Assembly (NCBI GenBank): GCA_951406725.2
Contig: OX597831.1
Span: forward strand, 10,106,001 to 10,170,000
Direction: 5' to 3'
DNA length: 64,000 nucleotides
Source of the DNA: Octopus vulgaris
Taxonomy: Eukaryota
The position numbers and the translations under genes are program-made. Numbering within the stretch: position 1 is the first letter of the stretch; the number at the start of each line of letters is the position of its first letter. Shown piece after piece: positions 42,195 through 56,295 of the stretch. The notes beneath the pieces were generated by a model. It made no database searches and was not told where the DNA came from. It saw only the letters and a program-made list of their open reading frames with translations.

Positions 42195-42285
<91 letters not shown>

Positions 42286-42314
42286 TATGTATGTATTTAT
42301 GTATGTATGTATGT

Positions 42315-43116
42315 ATATGAGGAGAATAAGATAAGGTAGAAAATGCTAAAATGATTTTATCACGAAAAACATTTTAATACCGGTTTCAGTCATTGCGACA
42401 ATTTTAGCTTCGAGTAAAGTATGAAAAACAATTAAACTGTGGAAAAATTAAATGAAATGTCTTAAAAAAATATATATATTTCCATAGTCAAGGGACATTT
42501 TCCCTTTTTCTGCCTTTCCCTGTCTCTCATTTTTACTTTTGTGGGTTTTACTCTTGTGGGTTCTAGGTAGTTAGTAACAGCTAGTTTAATATGATTACAT
42601 GTCTTTGTTTGTTTAAGCAGCAGCAGTAGTAGAGAAAGGAGACCGCGAAGAAGAAGAAGTAGAAGAAAAGAAAGCGGGAGTGGTAGGACAGTAGCTGGAT
42701 ATTGATGGAATCCATTTGAATGGTCAAGTGACCTAAAAGTGAACGGTTCTGGAAGATAGTAGTGATTGAAATCGTTCTGATTAAATTCTTGAGGCGACTG
42801 TTTTGAATATATCATTTTTGATATTTGCGTGGGTGTTATTCTAAGGCCCTAGTGACAGTGTCATTTCTTACGGATGCATCCAAAACGGGTTTGTGTTTTG
42901 TGATAAAGAATGTTTCTTTACTAATACGCTGACTACAAGTGGTGTCGTCCCTGAGTTGATAGAGGGGAAAGAATCTGAATCTTGGTTGTTTGTTATCGGC
43001 GCAAATGTCGATGTGTTCGGTCAAAGCTATTTTGATCTGGGATCTCACATCTGTGCAGAGCCATTCTTCGACGCAGACTGTTTCATGTTTGGCCTGTATA
43101 TTGCTCTCGACACACC
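42315..43116 (-). mobile_element. 5'-truncated Penelope-like retroelement: decayed GIY-YIG endonuclease C-terminus plus 3' pLTR
   Basis: Minus from ~43112: C-R-E-Q-Y-T-G-Q-T-*-N-S-L-R-R-R-M-A-L-H-R, frameshift, IALTEHIDICADNKQPRFRFFPLYQ..RISKETFFITKHKPVLD; downstream GTC-GCAAT-GAC-T-GAAACCGGTA-TTAAA; ends at a microsatellite. Confidence 0.8.
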
Positions 43117-43318
43117 TTCTTTATTTATTGTCAACGGGGGGCTAAACAGAAAGGGGACAAACAAGGATAGACAAAGGGATTAAGTCGATTACATCAACTC
43201 CGAAAGGATGAAAGACAAAGTCGACCTCGGCGCAATTTGAACTCAGAACGTAACAGCAGCCGACATACCGCTAAGCATTTCACCCTGCGTGCTAACGATT
43301 CTGCCAGCACGCCGCCCT
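43117..43318 (-). mobile_element. Nin/Deu-type SINE at the 5' break of the PLE fragment
   Basis: Matches 24657-24887 with an internal deletion. Confidence 0.85.
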
Positions 43319-43756
43319 GACTAAAACAAATATTAGTTATAAGAAAATAACTTCAACCTCTTTAGAAAATATTTCCTTCATCTTCATAACCTTTCAAAAA
43401 TGCGTTGCCTATTTCTGATATAATTACATCATATGAGTATTTTAAAGTCTCTGAAAATATTAATTTAATCTTTATTTATTTCCTTCTGTTTCGTTGTATT
43501 AGCTCGTCACAAGTCACAATCAACAATGATTAAAAAAAACAACTTTATTATAATTAAAGAAATAACTACCAGGAACAATACGTATCAATGTATAATGCTT
43601 TCTCCTGGCGGTAACAGCCTACTCGGTAGCAATAATGAAAAGTTTAAATGGTTTCAACTAATTTATAATCATTCTGCAGTTATTTTTACTCGCTTAAACA
43701 ACGTACGGATATTTTCTGACATTCATCTTCTCAATGAATCATCACGAAGCTATTAT

Positions 43757-43800
<44 letters not shown>

Positions 43801-43879
43801 ACACACACACACACACATATGTATATACATATACATATACATATATATTTTTGTATATATGCAAAACAAATATATAAGC

Positions 43880-43920
<41 letters not shown>

Positions 43921-45612
43921 TACATAAATGTACGTACACACACTCATGTATGTATATATATATATATACATATATATGTGTAGATATTCCTGTATGTATA
44001 AATATGCGTAAGCCCATTGATTTATTGACCTTTATTTGGAATAAATAATGCCTCGAGAACTAGAAGAACAATTTTGAATTTGCCCTTTAAACTTATCTCC
44101 CAAATGTGAAAATACATTTGGTGATATATACACAAGCACTTAAGAGAAAATTGCAAATTACCGAAGCAAAGATCGTTATGATCTTCAGGCCAAGATCGAA
44201 ATCGAACCACCTTTATAACAACGTGTATGTGTGCATATATTCATAGCAGCCGTGTACATATACGTATTTATACAGCAAACAGGATTTTTGTAGACACATG
44301 CATGCTTAGTTATGAAATTATATATGAGTGAATTTATATTTCATATATTTATTCGAGAAGATAAAATAGGATAAATCTGTCCCGTAAAGAAGAAAATTCT
44401 ATTTAAATGTAATCAATACATATGGTAATTGAAATGTTACGATTGTAAAGATTGACATTTTATTGCAATATCTGTTAAATAAATTAGAAATTTTAGTTGC
44501 GTTAAGCAAAATGCAGCGAGAGAATCGTGAAACAGAAGAATTGAAATAGAAAAAAAAAATGCTCGGTAGTATTTGTTCTTCAACGATGTGCAGAAAATAT
44601 GTATGAGGTGTTACTTAAAGAATGAAGCATTACATGATTTGTTAAACGTCATTGATAGTATATTTCCATTCGGAAGGTGGTGCTTAAATGGAAATAAGAA
44701 AAGATGTAAGCAGTTACTTATCCTTATAGATACCACAGCCAAGGATTCCTCAGTTATAGATTATCTTTGCTGGAGAAGAGAAGGGGTTGTCTCGATTAAT
44801 ATGGCCTTGTCCATATGTCAGCGTTTTCTGGATTAATGAGGACTAACAAAATATCTTGGCTGCATGAAAAATGAAATGATATTTCATTAACCTAACAATG
44901 AAACCCAACACGGGCAATGTACAGGCAGTCTAGATTCAACACGTGGTCCTTCGAAGCAGCTAAATATAGTTGTCAAATATCCAATGAGGTGACAAGTACC
45001 GCGTAGCATCATATAGTTCTAGATAGAAAGCTTGAAGAAACATATACCTGGATTAACTATAAGAGGTTTCGTTTGTTGCATATAACGAAAGTAAACACTT
45101 TTACATAATATTTCATCGCATAAAGGACGCGAGCATGTTAAACGCCAGCCTATTACAACAACATCTATTCACAAAAAAAAGCGCATCAAGGATAAAGTGA
45201 GCTTATGGAAAGATGAACGTCGTATATAGGGGCCGGGGTGATTTTTGGAGATATTTATCGAATGACGAGACATATATACCATCAAATACGGTAATTAGGT
45301 GCCGTATTTTAGAGGGCTCTGTCACGTTCGTCAGAGCATTTCAAAAGTGCGTCCTTGACAGAATGAAAATATTGACGGGCAAATATAATTCGACAAGCGA
45401 AAACCGTTATGTGACGGGAGAAAATGTACAAACGTAAAATTTTCTTACCATAGTAGGTAAAATTCTTGAAATAAGATGTGGGCTATTCACGCGTAAATTC
45501 GTACGAGAGATTACATAAAATCCCGATGAATAAATAAAGAATTTCATTAATTTAGAAATAAAATATTTAACGCATACACGCACGTACATGCTTCGCACGC
45601 ATACATACATAC

Positions 45613-45673
<61 letters not shown>

Positions 45674-45677
<4 letters not shown>

Positions 45678-46002
45678 ATACAATTAAAGGCCCCTAAGTT
45701 AGGATGCTCGAGTTTGGACACAAAAGAAGATGAACTTATCGAGAGTGAAAATCAAAAACATTTACCGATAACTTTACTCCTCGGACCGATCAGTTTCTGC
45801 CTCTTTCTAGCAAAACACAAAATATGTTTGCTAAGGCTGGCTTTATCAACGAGTCGCCTAAATTGAATCGAGGTCTGCAGCGATGTGAGAACATCGGTAA
45901 AGTTATCGGTAAATGTTTTTGATTTTCTCTCTCGATAAGTTCATCTTCTTTTTGTGTCCTCAGCACTCGGCATCCTAACTTAGGGGCCTTTAATTGTATT
46001 AC
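45674..46002. mobile_element. Inverted-repeat PLE-like pLTR element (~100-bp arms) with internal hammerhead-type motif, next to (TA)n
   Basis: 45674-45777 inverted versus 45897-46002. Confidence 0.75.
45780..45853 (-). ncRNA. Putative type-I hammerhead ribozyme, U3-A8 core variant with extended stem II
   Basis: Minus: CTCG | TTGATAA | A-GCC..TAGCAAAC..GTTTTGCTA..GGC-A | GAA AC-TGATCG-GT C | CGAG. Confidence 0.55.
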
Positions 46003-46112
46003 TACATGAATAATATTTTTCTATACGAATAATATTTTTGTCTTATGACTGATTCGTCTTTTGTGCTGGGCACCTGGTAGTAACTAATATTTCTACCCTT
46101 CTTGTTTATATT

Positions 46113-46144
<32 letters not shown>

Positions 46145-46235
46145 CGCTCACACATATATGCATACACAGAGACACACAAAACACAGGTATACACACGCCC
46201 ACACACACACGCCCCTACACAAACACATATATATA

Positions 46236-46453
46236 CGAGTGGGTGGCGAAAAGTTCCTAGCTTTAAGAGTATCGAGAAGGGCCTGGTTGGAGGCCTAAAC
46301 CTCCTAGTTCCTTTACAGTGCTGAGATAAACTGAAGGACGGCTGCTATAACTGTGTTTATCCGATAGGGGAATATGTTGAATAAAATCACAGATAACTGA
46401 GTTCCCTGCTTTGTTTTTTGACTCAAAGCAAAGAACTTTCCATCACCCACACG
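46236..46453 (+). mobile_element. Mariner-derived MITE / internal-deletion derivative
   Basis: TIRs CGAGTGGGTGGCGAAAAGTTCCTAGCTTT / AAAGCAAAGAACTTTCCATCACCCACACG; retains the mariner C-terminus GEYVE* (GGGGAATATGTTGAATAA). Confidence 0.7.
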
Positions 46454-46472
46454 TGTGTATGTGTGTACACAT

Positions 46473-46803
46473 AAAAAAAAGACTCCGCCGGTTACGACGA
46501 CGAGGGTCCCAGCTGATACGATCAACGGAACAGCTTGCTCGTGAAATTAACGTGCAAATGGCTGAGCATTCCACAGACACGTGTACCCTTAACGTAGTTC
46601 TCGGGGATAATCAGCGTGACACAGAGAGTGACAAAGCTGACCCTTTGAAATACAAGTACAACTCATTTTTGCCAGCTGAGTGGACTGGAGCAACGTGAAA
46701 TAAAGTGTCTTGCTCAAGGACACAACGCGTCGCCGGGAATCGAACTCACAACCTTACGATCATGAGCCGAATGCCCTAACCACTAAGCCACGCGCCCTCA
46801 CAC
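46473..46803 (-). mobile_element. Full-length young SINE with 12-bp TSD
   Basis: TSD TGTGTACACATA; about 2 differences from 35814-36137 by eye. Confidence 0.93.
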
Positions 46804-47296
46804 TGTGTACACATATATACAGGGTCAAATGAAACAAAGCGAGAAGGAGGGAGAGAGAGAGAGAGAGAAAAGTGAGGGAGCTTGTTAGATAGATAATACT
46901 CATGATATCAAGGGATTCCTAAAAAGTATAAATAATTTTTATGTGTTTCTGCCTATTTGAGCACAAACACACACACACACGGACGTGTGCTCACACACAC
47001 ACACACACGCAACGTGACCAACAACAGCAAAGGCAACACATACATGTACACACACACACAATTTCCTCAAATTTTGTCTGTAGAGCTATTATATAAAATA
47101 GACAGAAAACATTTGAGTCTTATTTATTCTCCATTAGCCACGTTTTATTTGGGAAGTGGAACATCAAAGTTATACATTCTTAAATTTCTAATGGGAATTG
47201 TTTACATGCTAATGCCACATGTAAAATTTTGTGAATTCCTGTTAGCAAACGAAACATGTGTAATGGTGAAGAAATAACACCAATTTCCTATTTTGT

Positions 47297-47345
<49 letters not shown>

Positions 47346-47463
47346 TTTAAATTAGAGATAAAACCACTATAATATAATATATTTATTACTATAAAATTGG
47401 ATTTAATCCTAAATCTACCAATTTTTCCCTGTAAGTTTGGATTTATTCCCTAATATTATTATT

Positions 47464-47546
<83 letters not shown>

Positions 47547-47961
47547 GAATTAAGCACTGTAAGTATTATATCAGGTTTAAAATGTCGAGCAATCTTCAGC
47601 CATCTTTAGAGATTTTCCACTCAAACGGACAAGGCATATTCATATCTTTATATCGTTTGCCAACATTATGAAGAGGGTAGATATACAGACAGAGAGGTTG
47701 ATTTCATTCTTACGAACACGATAGTATTAAATCTACTCTATGACTGTAGATTTTAACTTTGCTATTTAGCTCTATCAGTAGAGAGGGGGATTTTGGGTTG
47801 GATGGAAACAAAAACATTTCCTATTTATAGATATGGGAAGGGGTGGACCAAATGTCAAAACCAATAAATCTATTCCTATTCAGATGAACCCAGCCCGGAT
47901 ACATTTGAATGCACAAAGCAAAAAGCTAGTATGTTGAAGTTAGAGGGGTAGGAGAATATAT

Positions 47962-48079
47962 ATTTATTTATTGCCCACAAGGGGCTAAACATAGAGGGGA
48001 CAGACAAAGGGATTAAGTCAATTACATAGACCCCAGTGCGTAACTGGTACTTAATTTATCGACCCCGAAAGGATGAAAT
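47962..48079 (-). mobile_element. 3' half of Nin/Deu-type SINE
   Basis: GCCCACAAGGGGCTAAAC..TTTATCGACCCCGAAAGGATGAAA. Confidence 0.8.
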
Positions 48080-48235
48080 GCCCAGATTCTATATTAAGAA
48101 ATTTCAGTAAATATATTTTAGACAATTTTCAAAATGATTTCAGTAAACATTATTATCTTATATAGGGAATCTAATATAGCTATAAAAAATATAGAAATCA
48201 TTTCATATTTATATATATATATATACATATATATA

Positions 48236-48690
48236 CATTTCCATTAATATAATCACAATTATATATGGTGGTTATTTTAATGAGTTGAATTAAAAGAAAA
48301 TGTTAGCCATGATAATTACCACGGAAAAAAAATTATTAATTTAGTACATATATTAGGAGTCAATAAGATATATTCAAAAAATAATGGAAGGGAAGTAATC
48401 AAGATGAACTAAATAATTTCGCTAGATACATAGAATTATTTGTGATTATTTCATATTTAAATATCCGCATTTCCATTAATATAGAATCATAATTAGCTAG
48501 TAAATGGTGATTTATTTTATTAATGAGTCGAATTAAAAGAATATGTTAGACGTAATATTTACTACACGTGGAGGAAAAACTTTATCAATTCAGTGAATAT
48601 ATCATGCGTCAATAATATATATTAAAAAGTAATGAAAGGGAGGTAATCAAGATAAACCAAGAAAATTTCCCTAGATATATAGAATTTTTT
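48236..48690. repeat. Diverged tandem duplication, ~230-bp unit
   Basis: CATTTCCATTAATATA..GAATTAAAAGAA..GTAATCAAGAT..CTAGATA(C/T)ATAGAATT occurs twice. Confidence 0.75.
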
Positions 48691-49122
48691 CTATCCAATA
48701 TAGGAGAGTATCCAGATTTATATATATATATAATGAAATTTCTTAGTAATCTATGCAGGTTGAATAAAAGCTAGTATGGTAAATTAATTTTTATTTGATT
48801 ATAAAATATTAGGATTTGAACATTTAGGAATGGTCAGAATGCTATTACTTAAAATACTTAAACGTACGGGTAGCACATTGTATACAAGATGCTCCCAGTT
48901 CGGAACGGTTATTCAATAAGTTTGTTCACATCCATCCCAACTATTTTTATAAGGCTGTGCCTTTCTTATTATATCCCATTTTAGGTTAAATTCTATATTT
49001 TTTCTTTCAGTTCACAAATTTCACAGGACAGCGTTGGGCAACCCACCTTATGTTTAAGTCTAAAAGAGGAAAAATGATTGGTCATATATATATATATGTG
49101 TATATATATGTGTATGTATATG

Positions 49123-49195
<73 letters not shown>

Positions 49196-49368
49196 GTATG
49201 TATATGTATATGTATACTAGAGACTGAATTTCAGACATTTTTACATCTTTGTCAGTTATTTACACGCAACGACATGTTATATCTTGTTTTATTCCCCTCT
49301 TCTATAGCTTAACCCTTATTCACGACTCTCAATGCCTCAGAGGAATTATCACACTGCTTATACATACA

Positions 49369-49441
<73 letters not shown>

Positions 49442-50159
49442 CGTATTTGTCAGTTTGTGTCTCTATGATCTGTATTCATCCTAGTGCATGTCATGAAATG
49501 ATGTATTATTCGATGTCACTTCTGGGATCGGGTCAACGAACCATTCAAAAGGATGCCGTATATATTGTTTTGCTAAGAAACGTATTTTCTCGGAAAACAA
49601 AGAAGGATTCATATAATCAATATCGTGGATTTTTCTTGAGATTACGAAAAAAGACTTTGATGGTTGTCTTGCAAAGAACAAAAAGAAAATGCTTAACTGT
49701 CCTGTTATTAAATGTTTTGTTATTATTTTTCTTTTATCCACAATTTTTCTGCACGTCAGAATGTATAAACACTTCACAGAAGCAATACCATCATATAATT
49801 ATAGATATTTATTTCTTTGAATAACGACCGAAATAGCGTAAAGTAGCAATCTGCTCTGCAGGGGTTGAAATCGTAACATGTCCTGCCAATGCGGACTGTG
49901 TCAATGGAACACCGCTTTACGTTGTTGATCTTTGACATTTTATGAAAGAGAATTGCAGCGTTGCATTTATCAATGATTTGATCCTTCACTAAGAAGTATA
50001 CATTGACCAAAGCTATTGCTAACCAACTGTGTTTGTTTATTCATGTAATAAGGATACAGTAGTCAGGCAAGGAATTTATTTGACGCACTTTGATTGATTG
50101 GCAAACAGAAGGAGACGATATTGCGTGAGTGGAAGGCAGAAGTGAATATGTTTGTTTTT

Positions 50160-50547
<388 letters not shown>

Positions 50548-51058
50548 GAATTCCTTAAGTAACCAGAAGATGGATTTGTTATTAATCTTTATTTTGTACA
50601 ACGGTCAGTTTCACCCACCTTGCTACTGTCCCTTTAGGGTGGGGCACCGTTCAACATGCGCTACATCCATATTGCAGTATTTATCGCATCAGGTATATCC
50701 AAGGATAAAGTTGTGTCTCGCTAAAGATCTTGAGTTTAGGCTGCCATGTTGTTATATGCCCGTCTGTCATAAGAGACATAAGCAGGGTGGATCGAAATGA
50801 CCGTTTTACAAAATTAAGACTAATACCAAATCCATCTTCTAGTTACGTAAGGCATTATTATTATTATTATCTCAACTACCACTTCGGAGTACCTGAATTA
50901 GATCCAACTATAATATAACCCGACTGCGGATGGTATCCCAAACTGTGCCACTACTCTACCAAACTCTTCAACACACTAATCGACTTGTACCCCAAATTTT
51001 AAATATGTATATGGATATATAGATATATAGATATATACATATATATACATACATATAA

Positions 51059-51113
<55 letters not shown>

Positions 51114-52254
51114 TACACTCAAGCGTGATTTGCCAGTACCATTGTTATTCGTTTCATTTCGACAGATTTTCACTTCAAATGACCCTTACGGTTGTCGATT
51201 CCGATATTGTACTTGTATTACAATTGTTCGTCTCGTATTGACAGATTTAATTTTGGATCTTGTATGTACAAGTGCAATAAACATTCGACCACGAAAGGTA
51301 TTTCTTTCCTGTGTCTTCTTTATGAGAAAGTGCGAAGAAGGGGGTAATTAGTAAAATTTTAAGCAGGTTTGTCATTTACAATCTGTGGAAAGACCGCTTC
51401 AAGAAGTATTTTGTTATGTATGAAGATAACATGATAGATGACGAAAATTCTTACCAATTTGGGATTCGAAATCATATGCAGTGGGTTAAATTTAAAAAGT
51501 AATTACATTGAATGGGGCTTAAAAAATTAATTAACGTTAAACTGCATATTAACAATGTGATTTAATCACGATATTTAAAATGTACTGCGAAATTACATAG
51601 GGAAATTCAAAACGATTAGTTGGATAAATAAGACTAAAATAATTAGCATGTGCAATAAAAAGGCAAAAGAAATTAAATGGCAGATACATTGCAGGCAGGT
51701 GAAAATAAAGATTAAGCAGAATCGTGATAAATCGACGTAGAAGAACAACATGGAGGTTAAAGGATTGTGTAAAGGTACTAAAAGTGTCTTAAAAGATAAT
51801 CTGAGAAAATTACATCTTTTGTTCGTATTAAGAGTTAAATAAAACCATTGATAAAGTATTAGAGGGATCACGAAGAATTCTATAAATGTGTAATAAAAAT
51901 GGAATATTTTAAGTGCAATTAATTAATATCTGTGTTTTTTTTTCATTGATGCTAATACGGCGTTTAATCCTCATTTTCCTAAACAATACTTAATTTTTTT
52001 TTACATAATTATATTTTTAATATAACGGCGTCATCTAAATTGCGTATGATATCCTTCTTAACGCCTTTTGTTCACTCACCTCTATAATACTTTTAGTGAA
52101 ATGGGTTTGTAAATAATATATTTATGCTTGTGCTCGTATTATGCGTAATGCTTATCATCACTCCTCACACTTCTCTCTCACACACGCTTTATAAATACGT
52201 ACACACATGAATGCATAGCATATATGCGTATGTGTTTGTGGGGGAGTATTTGTT

Positions 52255-52289
<35 letters not shown>

Positions 52290-52395
52290 TCACTGCGATT
52301 GTGTGCCACTATGGGCAACTGCCTTTTATTACAGCATCAGAGTTTTCACTGCATTTGAGGGATGGAAACTGAAAGAAGTAGGCAGTATAAACACG

Positions 52396-52492
<97 letters not shown>

Positions 52493-54672
52493 TCTTTATT
52501 TTCTTACTTGTTTCTTACATTTTGACTGCAGCCATGCTGGAGCACCGCCGCAACATGGCCCTCTAGTTTGTATGTACGAGTGGACAATACATTGTATTAA
52601 ACGATGTAGAGGCAGTATATAGAAACAAATCGATATTGTTTTATAGAACTTGGGTAAAATACTCGAAAGACAACAGTCCCACTGATATGATGAACACTCT
52701 CATCATTCTTTCAGTCATTCTGAAATTTCTTGATGTTACTTATCATTGAATGAACAGTCATTCTTTATAAAGAACCATTATTCAATCGGCGGTTAGTGTG
52801 TCTTAGACCTGTTAATAATATTGGAGGAACATTTGAAGAGTCCATTTGGAGATTGTGTTTGTTCTGTTTCTTCCCTTTGTTTTTAAATGGCACTTGCACG
52901 TATTTTCGCATCTGTAATTTTAGGAAAAGTTTGTTACCAGTTCCTACCTCTGACATTTCTGTTGTGAAAATGATCTGGAAGAGACATTGGTTTTCAAAAA
53001 ATAAGTAAAGAGAAGATACCTGAAAATATGACTTTGTAATCTGAGAGATTAGCTTCTCGTCTATGGTTTAATGGTAAATAATGGTCAGACATATTTACAA
53101 GTAGATAATTGAGAATATAATATAGACAGATAACGAGATATCAGAATTGTAATTATCTATGCTGCTTAAAACAACTGTCCGTTGAAGACTAATTGTCTCA
53201 GCAAAACAGTTGAAATTTCTTCCTTTTTTTAGTGTTCTTAGCATCCTAAGAGACTATCAATATATTTTGAGACAAAACTACCTGGGGCAAACCTGTTTGC
53301 GGAGAAACATATGATGCAGTATATAATCAAAAGATGCAAATGATTTTTGAAATTTCAATATGATAATCGTTTCACTAACAAGACGACTATTCTATTATCG
53401 GTAAACAAGAAAATGTCGAAAAATCGGGCACGGTTTATATCTGGTGCTTGTCGTTGTCGGACGATTCATGATAGAAAAATATAAACTGCGCATGACGTTA
53501 ATAGCTGTCATATATATTCGATCATCTACTCCAAAAGTTTGAATATGAGCCAACTCAAGTGAAATAAATATATCTATGTATAACATAGATCACAAGGAAA
53601 ATTCTACATAGATTTCAACACATAACGTTGAAGTAAACCCTGATTATACGAGATATTTAACCTTGGTATCTATAGAAGAAATGTATCACTCGATCACAGT
53701 ACTTTATGAAGGTATATATCCACATACGTTGGCAAATTGAGTTGAGTAATTTGTATCGATATATAATCAATTAGATTTAATAAATTACATATCAGGTGTT
53801 TATTAAGATCATGCTGGAAGAATAAGAGACAACAGATATACTAGCAAACTTGGAACATAGAAACATAGAGGTGGATTTTTTTTTATTTCGATCTACCTTT
53901 CCTTCTCTAATCACAATCATGCCATTAAGGCAAGATTTTCCCAACTTTGAATGTTATTGAAAAGTTCCCCAGACGTTGTTTGGTAACTGTAGCTGTATTA
54001 CTTGTAGCTCAAAGACGGAATAAGGTATCCAACTTCAAAGAGATACCACATCAGAACATAAAAGATACTGCGGGATAATTTATCTTATGTTCTGTCATTT
54101 CTATTTTATATCATCAGTTTGTTTCATTAATCAATTTCCTTATAATATTAATGTCATAAAATATGTTTAATAATAATGTACATTGCTTGCATTTTATATA
54201 GGTTCGCCGCCGAACAGTTTCTCAGAGCACAGCCAGCATATGTGTGTATGCACCTAAACCTACATGGTAGACAAGCAAACATGACGTTTTAACTTTTTCT
54301 CCGTACAATGAACTAAAAAAAAAATATAATAATAATTGATTTTCGAAAAGACGTCTCATCCCAGCCGTCTACGTCTGTGAAGAACAAATAGTCAATCTGT
54401 TTATATAATCAACATAGAGAATAGTTTCAGAAAAGTGGAGAAGCTAATTTGCATATTGGAAGTCGTTACTATTTTATTTAATATCAGCAGCCAATCGATG
54501 TCGGTTCGAAGAATATTACCGTCGGATATGGCGTAGGCAAAGCTTACACATAAGATATATAAACATGGTAATTCTAAAGATTTCTCTGTAGAGTCAAAAT
54601 AATGACGATTTAATCGATTTTTTAAACTTCTTCGGTTCACTCACACACATACACACAAACACACGCACGTAT

Positions 54673-55037
54673 AGGTTCAGAGGTGGCTGTGTGGTAAGAA
54701 GCTTGCTTCCCAATCACATAGTTCTGAGTTCAATCTCTCTGCGTGTCACCTTCTGCTCCAGCCTCTGGCAGACCAAAGCCTTGCGAATGCATTTGGTATG
54801 TGTCTGTGTGTGTGTGTGTGTCTGTGTATTTGAGTTTGTGTTTGACCCCCACCTCTGCTTGACAACCGGGGTTGTTATGCTTACGTCCCCGTAACTAAGC
54901 CGTTCGGTAAAAGTGGTCTATAGGATAAGAGGCTTACAAAGAATGTGTCCTGGAGTCGATTCATTCGACTAAAAACCCTTCAAGCTTGTGCTCCATCATG
55001 GCCGCATTTAAGTGACTGACGTATGGAAGAATTAAAA
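54673..55037 (+). mobile_element. Degraded copy of the 31206-31631 SINE family
   Basis: GGTGGCTGTGTGGTAAGAAGCTTGCTTCCCAA..GCTTGACAACCG..GTGCTCCATCATGGCCGCA. Confidence 0.8.
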
Positions 55038-55039
55038 GC

Positions 55040-55905
55040 ATCCTCGTCATCATTTAACGTATGTTCTCCAAGCTGACGTGAGTTGGACAGTTTGACTGGG
55101 GCTATTAAGCTGAGGGGCTGCACCAGACATCAGTCTAATTTGGCTTGGTTCCTACGACTAGATGCCCTTCCTAACGCCAACTACTCCATGAGTATAATAG
55201 ATGTTCTTACGTGCAACCGGCACTGATGCCTACTACGAGACACCGGCTTCGGTCACATTTCCCCCTTGAGGCTCAGCGTTCGATTGGTGCTCTTTTTATC
55301 CCATCATCACGAGTGCCTGTCATGTGATGCCGGCATTGGCCATATTGCCTCCGCGAGGCCTAATTTTCTAGAGGTCCTTTTTACGTGCCACCGGCTCCGG
55401 TGCCAGTTACGTGACACTAGCATCGGCCACGATTGGCTTGACAAGTTTGGAAGATCATGATTCACTACCTCATAAAATGTCTTCCTGGGCCTACCTCTAC
55501 CACACATTCGCTCTACGTTTAGAGAACGGCACTTCTTTAAAACACCTGTCCTTGTCTGTACCATCACTTGACCATACCAGCGCAGTCGTCTCCCCTGCAT
55601 ACCACATCTCATGCCTCTTAGGCCCATTTTTTTTCTCAAGACGCTTACAATTTGCCGTAGATGCGCACTAACATTGCACATCCAGCGAAGCAACCTAGCT
55701 TTGTTTTTTTCAAGAGAGTACCTGTCCTCGCCAGTTGCAGCTCAGGTTTCACTGCCGTGTAGCATAGCTGTTCACACAATGACATCATAGTCTGCCAAAA
55801 TGAGTAGCAGTTCTCTGTCAAGAAGGGGAGGAGCTCTCTGAATTTTGCCCGGCCTACTCTTTGTCTTACACCTACGCTCTTGGAAAGAGCACTTCCGCTA
55901 CTATT
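55040..55905 (-). mobile_element. RTE-clade LINE 3' fragment (decayed RT C-terminus + 3' UTR)
   Basis: GRAKFRELLPFL.., MLRWMCNVS..RRLRWYGQV..GRGRPRKT; UTR GGCGTTAGGAAGGGCATC..ACGTTAAATGATGA. Confidence 0.85.
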
Positions 55906-56079
55906 TGGTCGCCTAAATAATGGAAACCAGCATACACACACGTACATACACAACCACACACACATACACGCATTTATATCTGTATGCGTTATTGTGTGTG
56001 TGTGTGTGTGTGTGTGTTGTATGCATAAATCGAATCGTACGTCTACTAAATCGGAAGTTTCTAGATTCTAAATAGTGTA

Positions 56080-56295
56080 TTTGAATTTTGGCACAATGTC
56101 AGCAATTTTATGAGGTGTAGAATATCAGATTACATTGACTGCAGTATTTCAATGATATTGTGTTTTATGGAACCCAAGACGATGAAATTCGAAATTGATT
56201 TCGACGTGGTTTGCATTCATTGCGCAGAGATGTTGGAAAAATGCTGAATGACAATTTAACGAATGCTACAAAGCCTCTGCCAAATCATTGCCTCG
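56080..56295 (-). mobile_element. Highly degraded Nin/Deu-type SINE
   Basis: Collinear weak matches (TTTTGGCACAA, GATTACATTGAC, GATGAAA) to the 14130 and 24657 copies. Confidence 0.45.

Noticed and set aside
43083-43088. In-frame TGA in the PLE GIY-YIG remnant read as selenocysteine (as in Naiad PLEs)
   Set aside because: It falls right after YxGQT, not at a Cys position; the copy is also frameshifted and I see no SECIS. A nonsense mutation is simpler.
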